Shown: positions 41,955 through 52,544, counted from the whole stretch's first letter. The stretch: DNA of 63,670 bases, filler included, from Trichomonas gallinae (GCA_008369845.1; 12 parts of 12 records of this genome joined end to end with filler, not necessarily neighbours in it), one strand, 5' to 3'. Notes: a model not told the origin generated them from the sequence alone. Numbers and translations: made by a program.

Positions 41955-42130
41955 TTGACATTGTCAAATTTGAAAAAAGATGAGAGTTCGCATGCTACTG
42001 ATATAAAATAGTAAGAAACAGAATTATTTTTCAAATAAATTAAGAATATTTTGACAAAGATTCATTTACATGTCAATAATCGAAAAAGATGTGTTCGCAT
42101 GCTATAGATGTAAGACAGTAAGAAACAGCA
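41955..42130 (+). repeat. ~110-bp degenerate tandem duplication
   Basis: GAAAA(A)AGATG..GTTCGCATGCTA..GAT.TAA.A.AGTAAGAAACAG occurs at ~41972 and ~42082, each preceded by a TGTCAA site. Confidence 0.75.
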
Positions 42131-42249
42131 AGAAAACTTTCTGCAATGTAAAGAAATGTAAACTTAACCGCCAAAAATAATCGTCACCAACTGAGACGTT
42201 AAACGAAAAAAAAAAAATTATAACAGAAACAGAAAGTTAAAATAAATAA

Positions 42250-43671
42250 ATGAGTAATCAAAATATCCCTAAAGGACCTTACTACATCGGTTATAAGGAC
42301 AACATGTACAAGGTTGATCCTGTTATCTTCGCTCAACACTCAGGAAAATTCGCGCGTGACTGTTTAATTCAACGAGATCATATGGAATTCGAAGAAAATG
42401 TCGCAGATGAAACTTTCAAAGCTTTCATATCATCCTGCCAACTCCGCAACTTCCAACTTTCTCCTCTTTACGCCTTAGAGCTCCTGGACGTCGCGAGAAA
42501 ATGGGATTGTCCAAATCTCGAGAAGTATTGCCAGGATCTTTGCAAGGCCAACGGCATTGTTTATAGACCACGCAACGACGTACTCGGTGCCCTCCTCAAA
42601 AATATCGACGAGGGTACAACTAAACGCTCAGATCTTCAGGCAGTTGCAAATATATTCGACGAAGTCTTGGATGACGACCGTCTGCCTGATGTCGAGCCGG
42701 AAATCTTGTTTAGGATCGTATTGATGGCTGAAAAGAAAGGCTTCAATATGGAAAAGTATATTAAATTCGTTATGCAAATAATCAAGACAGAACCAGAAAC
42801 AGCAATTCTCCTCATCCTCAGAATCAACTTTGATTTGCTTCCTGAGGACCAAGAAAATTACATCTTTCACTGCCCATTCATACACGAGCAATCAATCAAC
42901 TTCTTTGTTGCTATGGCACTCTCTGCTGTCCGTTGGCACGCGCGCACAGAGTTAGAAGCCACATCCAACTATCACATAGATTTACTCAACGAATTCCTCA
43001 AAAATGTTGAAGCTTTGAAGGCCAGTTTGATCAAGAAGCTCTCAGAAGAGCACGACGAGCAAATGGACGAGATCATGACAGTTTTAGAAAAGCAGCACGC
43101 TGTAATCGAAGAGCTCTCAGACATCTTAGCCGAGCAGGCCCAGAAGCTCGAGTTCGGCCCACTCTCAGTCAACGGACAAGGCGATGAGCGCGTCAACAAG
43201 ATCAGGTCGGACGCTGAAACAGACATCAGAAGATTCACAGAGGCAGTCAACGACCAGTTGAACGAAGACCGCGCGACAATGATGCAGAGCATCGAGGATA
43301 CAATCAACCACGTCAAGTCAGAGTGGATCAAGAACATGACAGATCCAGTCAGAGTCAAGGAGTCACAAGAGAAGAAGCTCGAAGAGATCCACGCGATGGC
43401 TACAAAGCACGGAGCTGCTCTTGACTCAATCCAGAACGACGTAACATCCCTCAAAGCTGCTTTGTGCGCTAAGATCGTCAGGGACAGGCTGCACGGCGCA
43501 CGCGCTGCAAGAGATACGTCCGCCGCTTACGACGTCTTCGATGGAGCAGAGAAGATCTGGAATCTATCGTCAGACGACGTAAAGCGCGCAGAGAGAGATG
43601 TTGTAGAGCTGATCGAGCATAGAATCGAGGCTGAATGCCCAATGCGTGCACCTGTCATGAACGACGACTGA
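42250..43671 (+). CDS. Hypothetical protein, BTB/POZ-like N-terminus plus coiled coil
   Basis: Y.VDP.IF...SGKF ... E.F..FI ... LL..A..W.C..L...C resembles a BTB fold; the C-terminal half is heptad-rich. Confidence 0.7.
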   Translation: MSNQNIPKGPYYIGYKDNMYKVDPVIFAQHSGKFARDCLIQRDHMEFEENVADETFKAFISSCQLRNFQLSPLYALELLDVARKWDCPNLEKYCQDLCKANGIVYRPRNDVLGALLKNIDEGTTKRSDLQAVANIFDEVLDDDRLPDVEPEILFRIVLMAEKKGFNMEKYIKFVMQIIKTEPETAILLILRINFDLLPEDQENYIFHCPFIHEQSINFFVAMALSAVRWHARTELEATSNYHIDLLNEFLKNVEALKASLIKKLSEEHDEQMDEIMTVLEKQHAVIEELSDILAEQAQKLEFGPLSVNGQGDERVNKIRSDAETDIRRFTEAVNDQLNEDRATMMQSIEDTINHVKSEWIKNMTDPVRVKESQEKKLEEIHAMATKHGAALDSIQNDVTSLKAALCAKIVRDRLHGARAARDTSAAYDVFDGAEKIWNLSSDDVKRAERDVVELIEHRIEAECPMRAPVMNDD

Positions 43672-44172
43672 TTTTTTATTATATAGTCAAACATTTTGCT
43701 TTTAAATATCAAGATTTATTTGAATTTATATTTTTTTTTAATTTGAACATATAAACTAGTTTTCCATAAGCCAAAGATTTGGGTGACAAATTTGATTTGT
43801 TGAAAACATAATTATTTTATCATAGTTGTAAATTATAAAATCTATCCGAATTTAAACGTGATTTAAGATCATATTATGGATAATTTAAAAGATTTTAGTT
43901 GTTTGGTTTCAAAATCACAACTTTTCAAAATTGGAAAATAAAATCACAAATTGATTAGAATGTAGGCATTAAATCTCCATATCTTTGACCCAATATTTCT
44001 ATCAATATATCAAAATCTTATATTTTTCAAGATAAATATTATCAATTAATATTTTTGCTCGGAAAGGATTTCTTGGATGAAAATTGTTATGTTATAGTGT
44101 TTGTAGCAATAATGATAATAGAAAATTGTATAATAATAAAATACAAGAAAATATTTACAGAAATGGACAGCT

Positions 44173-44841
44173 CTATTCGGTTTTAACTGGCTTCAACTCA
44201 AGATTCTCTTCATCTTGATTTGCATCGAACTCTTCAATTGCAGGAATATTACTTTGTTCATCAGAATGTTTTTCTGGATCATTTGTAGTAAATGCTGGAT
44301 CTGCAAATCCATCAAAGAACTTTGAAGCGATTTCATTTTCCGATGCTTGCTTTGCATAATTATGTGCACGAGCGAAAAAGTATAAATTAATGAATTCGAG
44401 TGTTAAATTGATTACTGCTGAGAGAGCATGTGAAAACTTTGCGAAAATTAGCAAAAATATTGCCATGCAAATCCAAAATATGATAATCAAGAAGAATCCA
44501 ATCCAAAAGATATTTGATTGATATGTACTTGGTATAAAAGGTGGAGGTCTAACGTAATATTCAACATAATCGCCATTTTCATTTGGTTTGATCAAATTCC
44601 ACTTCAAACCAACTAAATGCAGTCCACTTATATTTTTAATAGCCAAGAACTGAAGAACACCAACACTAACAAGTGCCACAATCGTTATTCCTGGATTATC
44701 AACTAAAGCAGAGACTAAGCAGAAGATGAAAATCATCAATACCTTGATCATAACATACACGGCGACGTGATTCACCAATATCTTAGTTTTTGGCGTCATC
44801 GATGTCATCCCATTCTGCTGTTCTTCTGTTTTAGTACTCAT
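44173..44841 (-). CDS. TVP23: Golgi membrane protein TVP23/FAM18 (DUF846)
   Basis: KNISGLHLVGLKW and S.IFW.G motifs, multiple TMs, ATG at 44841. Confidence 0.85.
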   Translation of the reverse strand: MSTKTEEQQNGMTSMTPKTKILVNHVAVYVMIKVLMIFIFCLVSALVDNPGITIVALVSVGVLQFLAIKNISGLHLVGLKWNLIKPNENGDYVEYYVRPPPFIPSTYQSNIFWIGFFLIIIFWICMAIFLLIFAKFSHALSAVINLTLEFINLYFFARAHNYAKQASENEIASKFFDGFADPAFTTNDPEKHSDEQSNIPAIEEFDANQDEENLELKPVKTE

Positions 44842-45293
44842 TGTCACTTTTTAACATCATTTTATTTTTTTCTAGCAAAAATCGGACATGAAACATATGT
44901 GTTTGAGCAATTTTGACATTAAAATATACATTTATATGAGCTGCTGCAGCTTATTATATTAGGAAAAGTCAATTAACACACTCATTGAATATTTTTCATC
45001 TAGCATCACATTCCACAATCGCTGTTGTTTAAAAAATCTCACAACATTCTTATATAATTTCATACTTAGTATATTTTATCATATAATAAAACGATATTGT
45101 GTTTAATACTATCGAAAATATTGATAAATGTGATTTATTGCATTTTGTGTTTTGAGAATTGATTCATCATATAGAAAAATTTTCAAACATCATTCATGTA
45201 GCCTTATTGAATTGGTAAACTAATAATTTCAGCTAAAAATAATTTTGTCATGTAATTTTAAATTTTTGGCGCGTAAATATCAAAATCTTTGAC

Positions 45294-46265
45294 ATGACAG
45301 AAAATCATCGTTTATCAGATGAAGACTTTACGGAAGAGTGCAATATTGGTTCTGGATCGTTTTCAACTGTAGTTAAAGCAGTTGATAAACAAAATAGAGT
45401 GTTTGCGCTTAAAAAATTATTTTGGAATAACGCGCCAGACAGAATTGTCAAAGAAATGGCATGGCTTGCAAAACTAGATCATCCAAATATTGTAAAACTT
45501 TACGGAGCTTATCGAAATCAGGATCAGGCAACTTTAGTTATGGGCTATGTCCCTCATATTCCATTTAGATCGCTTATACCAGAGTTAAATGGAAACATTA
45601 TCAAACAATACATGCGTGGATTACTCGAAGCACTTAAATATTTACACCAACGAAAAGTTATTCATCGTGATGTGAAACCTACCAACTTTTTATTCGATCC
45701 TGCAACAGGACACGGCTGTTTGATCGATTTCGGCTTGTGTGAAGAGGATATTCACATAGATATTCCTCCACCTCCTCCACAAACTTTAAATCTCGATAAT
45801 GATAACGAGTTAAACTACCCAGATAAGTATCAGAACAGAAGAAAAATGGTTGCTAGTAGAGAAGGAACACGTGGATTTCGCGCTCCAGAAGTTTTATTTT
45901 CATATCCAAACCAAAGCTGTCTAATTGATATATGGAGTGCTGGTGTTATTCTACTCTCTTTGCTAACCCGCAGATATCCATTTTTCAAGTCACCAGATGA
46001 TTTAACATCAATTTGCGAAATTGCTATGATTGTCGGCACCAAAAGACTTCATGAAGCCGCACATGAGTGTGGTAGAAAGCTGAGATTCCCTGCAGAACAT
46101 GAAGCAGTTCCATTACCAGAATTAATTCAAAGTTTGAATAATTATATTGAAGAAATGAACTGCGATGAATGCGTTTTCGATCTCCTTGCTAAAATGCTTG
46201 AACCATGCCCAAGTAAAAGAATTTCAGCTGCAGATGCTTTAGAACATGAATTTTTCAAACTATAA
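45294..46265 (+). CDS. CDC7: CDC7-family Ser/Thr kinase
   Basis: IGSGSFSTV, ALKK...P.RI..E, HRDVKPTNFL, DFGL, ASREGTRGFRAPEVL, IDIWSAGVILLSLL..RYPFFKSPDD. Confidence 0.88.
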   Translation: MTENHRLSDEDFTEECNIGSGSFSTVVKAVDKQNRVFALKKLFWNNAPDRIVKEMAWLAKLDHPNIVKLYGAYRNQDQATLVMGYVPHIPFRSLIPELNGNIIKQYMRGLLEALKYLHQRKVIHRDVKPTNFLFDPATGHGCLIDFGLCEEDIHIDIPPPPPQTLNLDNDNELNYPDKYQNRRKMVASREGTRGFRAPEVLFSYPNQSCLIDIWSAGVILLSLLTRRYPFFKSPDDLTSICEIAMIVGTKRLHEAAHECGRKLRFPAEHEAVPLPELIQSLNNYIEEMNCDECVFDLLAKMLEPCPSKRISAADALEHEFFKL

Positions 46266-46459
46266 CTTGTATAAATTGTATTATTATATTATCAAATAGC
46301 TATTTTTCAGCCAAAACTCAATGTTCTGATGCCCAAACTGAAATTATTTAAATGTGAATATTGAAATTCAAAAATACTTCATGAAATTTAGGATTTACAT
46401 AAAGCAGTATATAAATGAAAGATTGTGAGATAGAAAAAGAAAACAAAAATAGTCTATAT

Positions 46460-48430
46460 TTATTGAGATAATAATTCGTCAATATTGATGCCATTTTGAG
46501 CGAATTTCTCTCTAATAGCATTATATAGTTCATCAAAAACAGGGAAATGAGTTGGTAATGAAAGTAATATTTTGCAAACAAAAGCGAAGTGTTTCAAGGT
46601 TTCTGCTTCGAGTTGATCAATGATTCCTAATAATATCTGAGAAATAACAATCGATGATGCAACCTGTGAATAAGAAAACTGTGATTCTGCTCTTTCGACT
46701 AATAACTGACCGTTTTCATTCAGCACTGCAGTAGAAATTTTTACCATGTTAAGAATTAAATTCCAAAGTTTCTCTTTTATTTCTCCGTGTGACCAGTCCA
46801 TTCCTATGCAGAATAGAGCTCTCGCAACAGAGACTTGAGGAATGTTACTAGCTGCAATAACTTCGCTATATCTAGAAGCGAATATGCTGAGAACTTCGCA
46901 GCATGAAAAAACAATTTCATCGCTGTTGCTTGAATTCATCAACTCGCATAAATGAGTTGAAACATTCGCAAACAAATCATTGAATTCTGCATCACTTTTC
47001 GATACTAATGATGCGAAAACGTCTAAATACGCACAATAAACGCATTCATCTGCGTATGGAGATAAAACAATTTCAATAATATGATCCACGAATTCGCCAA
47101 AAACTTCAACAGAAAAAACTTCCATATGATAGATAAATGTTTGAATGATGTATAACATATTCACAGCATCTCTATCTTGGAACTCTTTATATATCTGCAG
47201 TAAAGCTCCAAGTCGTTCATTTGTTGCATTAAAATCTCCATCAAAAAAGTATTGCATGGCAAATAATGACATGTGAGAAACATATGGATCCTCATCCAAA
47301 GCTAACTGAATTACCGGGTCAATTGACGTTTCTATTATTTGTGGGCATGATCTTGATAGTGATACTAAGGCAGAAATAGCATCACCACGTGCATCAGTCT
47401 GTAAACATTGGAAAATTTCATCAACGAATTCATGGGAATTAGGCATAACTGCTAAAAAACAATATAATATTCTCAGCTTGTATGCTTCATCGTCTATCTC
47501 TGAAATATATTCCATGACTTGTTCTTGAATATCATCCCAGTTCGTTTTAGCGAATTCAGCGAGAATTTCTTGGCACCACGAACAAAAATCGTGCTCGACT
47601 GGGTTTTCATTAGGCACGCTTATTCGTTTCATTAAAGCATCAATAATAACTGGTGATAGTTGTATTGAGTTTATTTCATCATTGAAAATATCGATGCAAG
47701 ATGCAGCAATGGCTTCGTCTTCTGAAAGAATAGCGTTGGAAATGAATTCTGCACAAGTTTCATCCAAAGTTTCTAAGAAGCAAAATGTGCAGATCTCTGT
47801 TGCATATGATAAACCTTGAGTATCGAATGATTGGAAGTTCTCGAATATAACAGGCAAAGCATTTTCCATTAAAAATTGCATATCTGAATTGATGAAGGCT
47901 CTGATAGCTTCCAGCGCGAGATTTTGATGACTTGTTGTGATTAGTGGGCCAAGTGTGGCAAGAAGCTCCACTGGCATGGTGATAGATAGTTTTTGTACTT
48001 GTATCATACATTCCAATGCTGAATTTATAGTATTTTCATTCCGGATCAATGATCCAATTAATTCTAAAAATGGATTTTGTAAATTTGGTTCTATGTATTT
48101 AATTAAGCAGCAAAGTATGTTTGCTGCTAAATTCAAGAATTTTTCGTTGTCTTCTAAAAATAATTGAGGAATTATATTAAATACTGACTCAATGTATTGC
48201 TTTAGAACATTTTCACTGATATATTCATCGTAGAATCTCGTTAAATAGTTGATTGCAGATAGAGAAATGAATCTGGCATTCGAATTTAATTGTTGATTTG
48301 AAATTATATTAAGTAATAATAGAGGAAATTCTTCGTATTTTTCAGCAAATGACTTGAGCTGTTCTAGAGATTCATCAGGATTCGATAATGAAAGATATTC
48401 AACAATCTTCGAATATAATTCTTCATCCAT
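46460..48430 (-). CDS. HEAT/ARM-repeat protein, importin-beta/transportin-like
   Basis: IBN_N-like start (L...NPD....QL..F...EFP..LL.I......ARF.S), acidic helical repeats, L..DEDPYV. Confidence 0.55.
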   Translation of the reverse strand: MDEELYSKIVEYLSLSNPDESLEQLKSFAEKYEEFPLLLLNIISNQQLNSNARFISLSAINYLTRFYDEYISENVLKQYIESVFNIIPQLFLEDNEKFLNLAANILCCLIKYIEPNLQNPFLELIGSLIRNENTINSALECMIQVQKLSITMPVELLATLGPLITTSHQNLALEAIRAFINSDMQFLMENALPVIFENFQSFDTQGLSYATEICTFCFLETLDETCAEFISNAILSEDEAIAASCIDIFNDEINSIQLSPVIIDALMKRISVPNENPVEHDFCSWCQEILAEFAKTNWDDIQEQVMEYISEIDDEAYKLRILYCFLAVMPNSHEFVDEIFQCLQTDARGDAISALVSLSRSCPQIIETSIDPVIQLALDEDPYVSHMSLFAMQYFFDGDFNATNERLGALLQIYKEFQDRDAVNMLYIIQTFIYHMEVFSVEVFGEFVDHIIEIVLSPYADECVYCAYLDVFASLVSKSDAEFNDLFANVSTHLCELMNSSNSDEIVFSCCEVLSIFASRYSEVIAASNIPQVSVARALFCIGMDWSHGEIKEKLWNLILNMVKISTAVLNENGQLLVERAESQFSYSQVASSIVISQILLGIIDQLEAETLKHFAFVCKILLSLPTHFPVFDELYNAIREKFAQNGINIDELLSQ

Positions 48431-48823
48431 TCATATAATTTTGACTTGCAATAATCAAGTCACTTGAGTGGCAATGAATAACAATGTTTTTAACCATTTT
48501 ATTTTAGACACAAACAAAATTTTGTCAATTACATGACAAAATTAATTTTACATAACAGATTAATGTTTACATGTCAAATTATTCAAATCATGAAAAATCA
48601 TAGCCATCTATTTTAGACTACAGCAATAAATAAGAAATCAAAATATTTCCTGTTTTTCTCGATAATATTGGCCGTTTTCATCATCTTTTGATAATGATTC
48701 ACAAATCAGAACTAAAACATATGGTCATGTTTTTAAATAATCTTTATATTTTAAAACGAAGGTATCTTTAAAGATATATTTTACATACAAAAAAACATAA
48801 TAATAAAACACAAAATAAAATAA

Positions 48824-50951
48824 TTACTCAGCCCTGATTGACGTCATTGCGAATATGTCGTATTTCTTTCTCATTGCATCCCACTCCTTGTCTCCGACAA
48901 TGACTGGCAGGTTCAGAGTGACGTTCCATGATGCCTGGAGTTCCTCTTCAGGTTGCTGTGGCATTGCCTTGTCGTCGACTTGCGTCTGCACCATGTCGAC
49001 GAAACTCATCAATCCGCTCTCCATCGAGTCCGCGTAATCTTCTCTGTTCGCCTGGCAGTGGATAACGCATTCGTTCCAAGCCTGTCTAATGACATCTTTT
49101 TGCTGCTGGAAATTGTTGCATAAAGCGTCCATGTCTGTGACAGGCTGCGCGACTTTCATCAAATGCGGGTGCTTCTTAATCGCCTTCATTACATTCAAGA
49201 ATGGCTGAACTTGTGTCGGTTGTTGGCCGTCGAAGTGGACTTCTTGTAGTTGTGGCGAGTTCTCAATGAAGCGCGCGAGCACATCAACGCCCTGGTTACT
49301 GATCGTATTTGAGCTGATGTCTATACTTAGCAATGTCTCGCGAATCTGTATGACAGGAAGTAATTCGCAGATTAATGGACCATTTGGACGCTTCTTGTTT
49401 CCTGAGAGTGAGAACTCTGTGATGTTGGTGTTCTGGAAGAGAACGACGAGGCTGTTGAGAATGGAGATCATCTTGTCGTCTTCGTATTTCGCTGAGTTTA
49501 TGTTCAATGATTTCAATCCGTGAATGCGGGACAAAAACATGGCAAATCTGGCATCAAGCTTGTTGGAGCTCCATATAATCTTTGTTGGTGGATGTGTTGA
49601 TGGAACGGAAGCCTCCAAAAGGTTGAAAAGTCTCTCATACTTATTATCGACGACTGTCATTGAACTGAGGTCAAGAGTTGTTGGGCGGAAGAATCTAATA
49701 GTTGACATCATGTATAAGATTGCATCAACATCCCACGTGCATTGTGAAAGGTCGAGATATTCAAGAGTTTCTGGTAGTTCGAATTGTGCGTCTTTCTTCC
49801 ATGTAAAAATGTTGAGGGAAAGATCAAGGCGCTGGAGTGAAGTCTCATGACCACTGATTGCCGTGAAGAAATCGAGAAGATTCATATTCACGTTTCTTAA
49901 ATTGAGAGTTGTGAGGGAAGTAGTGACCAAAAAGTTCTTCAAATCGTAAGATATGATGCTTGGCGTGACAGTATTCATGTCATGATCAATTGTTAAAGAT
50001 GTCAATTCTGGGAATCTGTCGGCAACTTTCATAAACAGGCCTAATCTATTTTCTCCGATATCGCACTCGCTGAATGAGAGGTTCTGAATGATTGGTGCTT
50101 GGTTTGAATATAAGAGATATCCGTACATTTCATCATTGAAAGCGAAACGCAGAAAATTGAGGGATATAATAGATGATCCATCAACAGCTTCCAAAAACTG
50201 CTTGAAACCTTGAACTTTGTCAACGTTTACAAAACTAATTTCTTCTAGGTCTCGATTTGCCTTAACAAGTTTGATCAAAGATGGAAATAACTGATAATGC
50301 TTTGATTCGTTGACTTTTATAGCTTTTATATTCTGAGTAAGTTCGAGAGATAAAAATAACGCACTTGCCATTTTCTTGTCGGGTGAAAATTCGGTAAAAT
50401 CGATAAGCTTCGGATTGTCTTTCAAAGACTTGTAAAGTTTTTTGTTGAAGTGATCATTTAAAGAATGACCTAATGAATGACAAGCAGAAATGTATAAACC
50501 TACGAACATCTGAGGTAGAACATCAGGGGGAACGAACTCTGAGTGCAAAGGCAAGTCAAAGTGAGCGCGAAATTCTTGTGGGAATAATTCGTAAAATAGC
50601 GTAGCTAAAGACATACAAAGCGCGTCAATGTATTTGCATTCGAGCGTTACATTTCCATTTGAGAATTTAAACAGTAAAACGTGATTTTTTGGACTTGATA
50701 TTGATGTTAAATTAACCCACGGATAAGCTCTTGATAATTTGACTGAATTACTGAACATACCACTCTTGCACAAATAAAGTTGTGCATAAGTAGCAACGAA
50801 AAATCTCCAATCTTTTCCACCTTTATGATTTATTTTGTAAACCCAAGCGCTGTAGACAGCTGGCTCGTATTTCTTCTTGACCGATTCGTAAAATGACTCT
50901 GTATGTTAGAAAATAAAACGTACCTATCAATTTCGCGTTATCATCGGACAT
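48824..50951 (-). CDS. CARMIL-like PH + leucine-rich-repeat protein; 2 exons (50951-50924, 50898-48824), 700 aa
   Basis: Splicing gives MSDDNAKLIESFYESVKKKYEPAVYSAWVYKINHKGGKDWRFFVATYAQLYLCK (CARMIL-type PH start), in frame with the track ORF. Also LYISACHSL and RI-like LRRs (LQRLDLSLN, LLSIDISSN.I...G). Confidence 0.75.
50899..50923 (-). other. 25-nt spliceosomal intron (short trichomonad type)
   Basis: GTACGTTTTATTTTCTAACATACAG has a GTACGT donor and a branch point fused to the acceptor (CTAAC-ATACAG). Removing it joins ATG 50951 to the long ORF in frame. Confidence 0.9.
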
Positions 50952-51238
50952 AATATTTAATTTTCTAAATTCCGATTATTTTAAATTCAATTCCAATCGT
51001 TATGATTTAGCAAATTTTTTATTAATCCATGAATAGCTCCAATCTTGTTGTGTAATAATATTTTAAAACGATGTTTTTAAATTATGAAATATTAATTTTT
51101 CTGATACTGTATAGCATGATTCATATAATTTTACATCCAAAATGTAAAAAAAAATCGAAATTTTAAATTTGATAATTCTCATATCAAGTAGGTTTTTCCA
51201 ATGAATAAAATAAAAAAATTAGATCACAAAAATTTGAA

Positions 51239-51380
51239 TGACAAGATTCAAATGAAAAGTGATCTAATCCATTCAATTTTGACTAACGAGTAGAAAAGTG
51301 ACTAAATTCGATTAAAAGTGACAAAATTGAATCAAAAGTGACTATATTAAATTTCAAGTGCCGTTATTCAAAAAGTGACC
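51239..51380 (+). repeat. ~20-bp-period array of (AAAAG)TGAC motifs between divergent genes
   Basis: TGAC/TGAT/TGCC cores at 51239, 51260, 51280, 51299, 51319, 51339, 51359 and 51376. Confidence 0.75.
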
Positions 51381-51840
51381 ATCCTTTATTTTCCTAGCGT
51401 ATTGAGTCAAAATTAATTTTGCGCTCATGTCCATGAGTATTTTGCAGCTTGTCTATTATACCAATAAAAAAGCATTTTCACGAATCAAAACTTGATTATC
51501 AATGTTTTTGGGAATCATTATAAAAATTAGTTTTCAGTTCTGCTTTGTGTTTTGTCATTAATCATAGTAGCTTGAACTGGTTATAAATAATATGTTAAAT
51601 TTAGTATGTAGCTTGATTTTGGAATGTGAAAAATATTTGCTCTTTGTGAGCTCTATATTAGAGAAATATTCTAATTTGAAGAGTATTTTTCGTTCTACTA
51701 GTCTAGATACGCTAAAAACTTAGTATTTTTTGGCATCTTATTTTTTATTACAGCAAACAAAGCCTGAAATTTAAAATTTACCGAAAACATGTATATAAGG
51801 ATGCTAAATATTGGGGTGTCAATTTTTTTATTTATTTTTT

Positions 51841-51862
51841 GGCGGTTTTGTAAATTTCATTC
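51841..51862 (+). promoter_or_regulatory. Trichomonad core promoter: Myb-like M3 element (GGCGGTTT) plus Inr
   Basis: Matches the T. vaginalis M3 consensus RCSGYT about 25 nt upstream of ATG. Similar GCGGTTT lies upstream of eIF3m (53702-53708, minus) and of the MPR-like gene (13023-13029, minus). Confidence 0.55.
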
Positions 51863-51869
51863 CCAACCG

Positions 51870-52328
51870 ATGACAATGATGAGCACCACCAAATTCGTCC
51901 CTTATCCGGACGCATTCGACGTGGACTTTGTCCTTGAAGGCACAAAAATCGCCGCACAAACCCTTGATCTCTACGAGAGACCAACAGATAAGCTTGGCAC
52001 CAATTTCATTGAATACCCAATCACACAGAAAGTCATCATCCTTGGTATCGTCAAGAGAACGATCCACTTAGATTTCTACAGAAAGCGTCTTAGCATCCGC
52101 GGAAACTTTGAAGGTTCTGTCTTTGAAATCCGCGGCAGCTTCATCAAGAACTTCGAGATCGACGAAAAAGATAAATTCTTAGTCCGCATTTCATTTACAT
52201 CAAGTCAGTCTCCACAGGAATTCTGGATGGAGTCGGCAGAAAATATCAAGAGCTTATTCGACGCTCTTACAGAGTTTGTTGAGTGCTGCGCTCGTAAGCC
52301 ACCGACATCTCAGCAGGCTCAAAAGTAG
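51870..52328 (+). CDS. Hypothetical protein (possibly PH-like fold)
   Basis: Coding-type codon bias starts at MTMMSTT (51870). Inr TCATT at 51857 and GGCGGTTT at 51841 support this start. Confidence 0.65.
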   Translation: MTMMSTTKFVPYPDAFDVDFVLEGTKIAAQTLDLYERPTDKLGTNFIEYPITQKVIILGIVKRTIHLDFYRKRLSIRGNFEGSVFEIRGSFIKNFEIDEKDKFLVRISFTSSQSPQEFWMESAENIKSLFDALTEFVECCARKPPTSQQAQK

Positions 52329-52544
52329 GACCGGCAGTGATATTTGACTCATCGAAATTTCATTGTTTTATTTAATGTCCGAGCTCAATATTTATTGATG
52401 TTGAGATTATTATTTTTATATAAAATTTGATGAGCTTTAATCCTTATATAATTCTAAGTTTTTTTTATATGAAATAATAATATTTCGATAAAGTAATAAT
52501 TTTATTAATATTGAAATTATTCTTTGCACATATTAGAATAAACT

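Noticed and set aside
38195..50951. Actin-regulator cluster (Nap1 plus CARMIL-like)
   Set aside because: Separated by four unrelated genes, and no capping-protein-interaction motif is seen in the CARMIL-like protein; likely chance.
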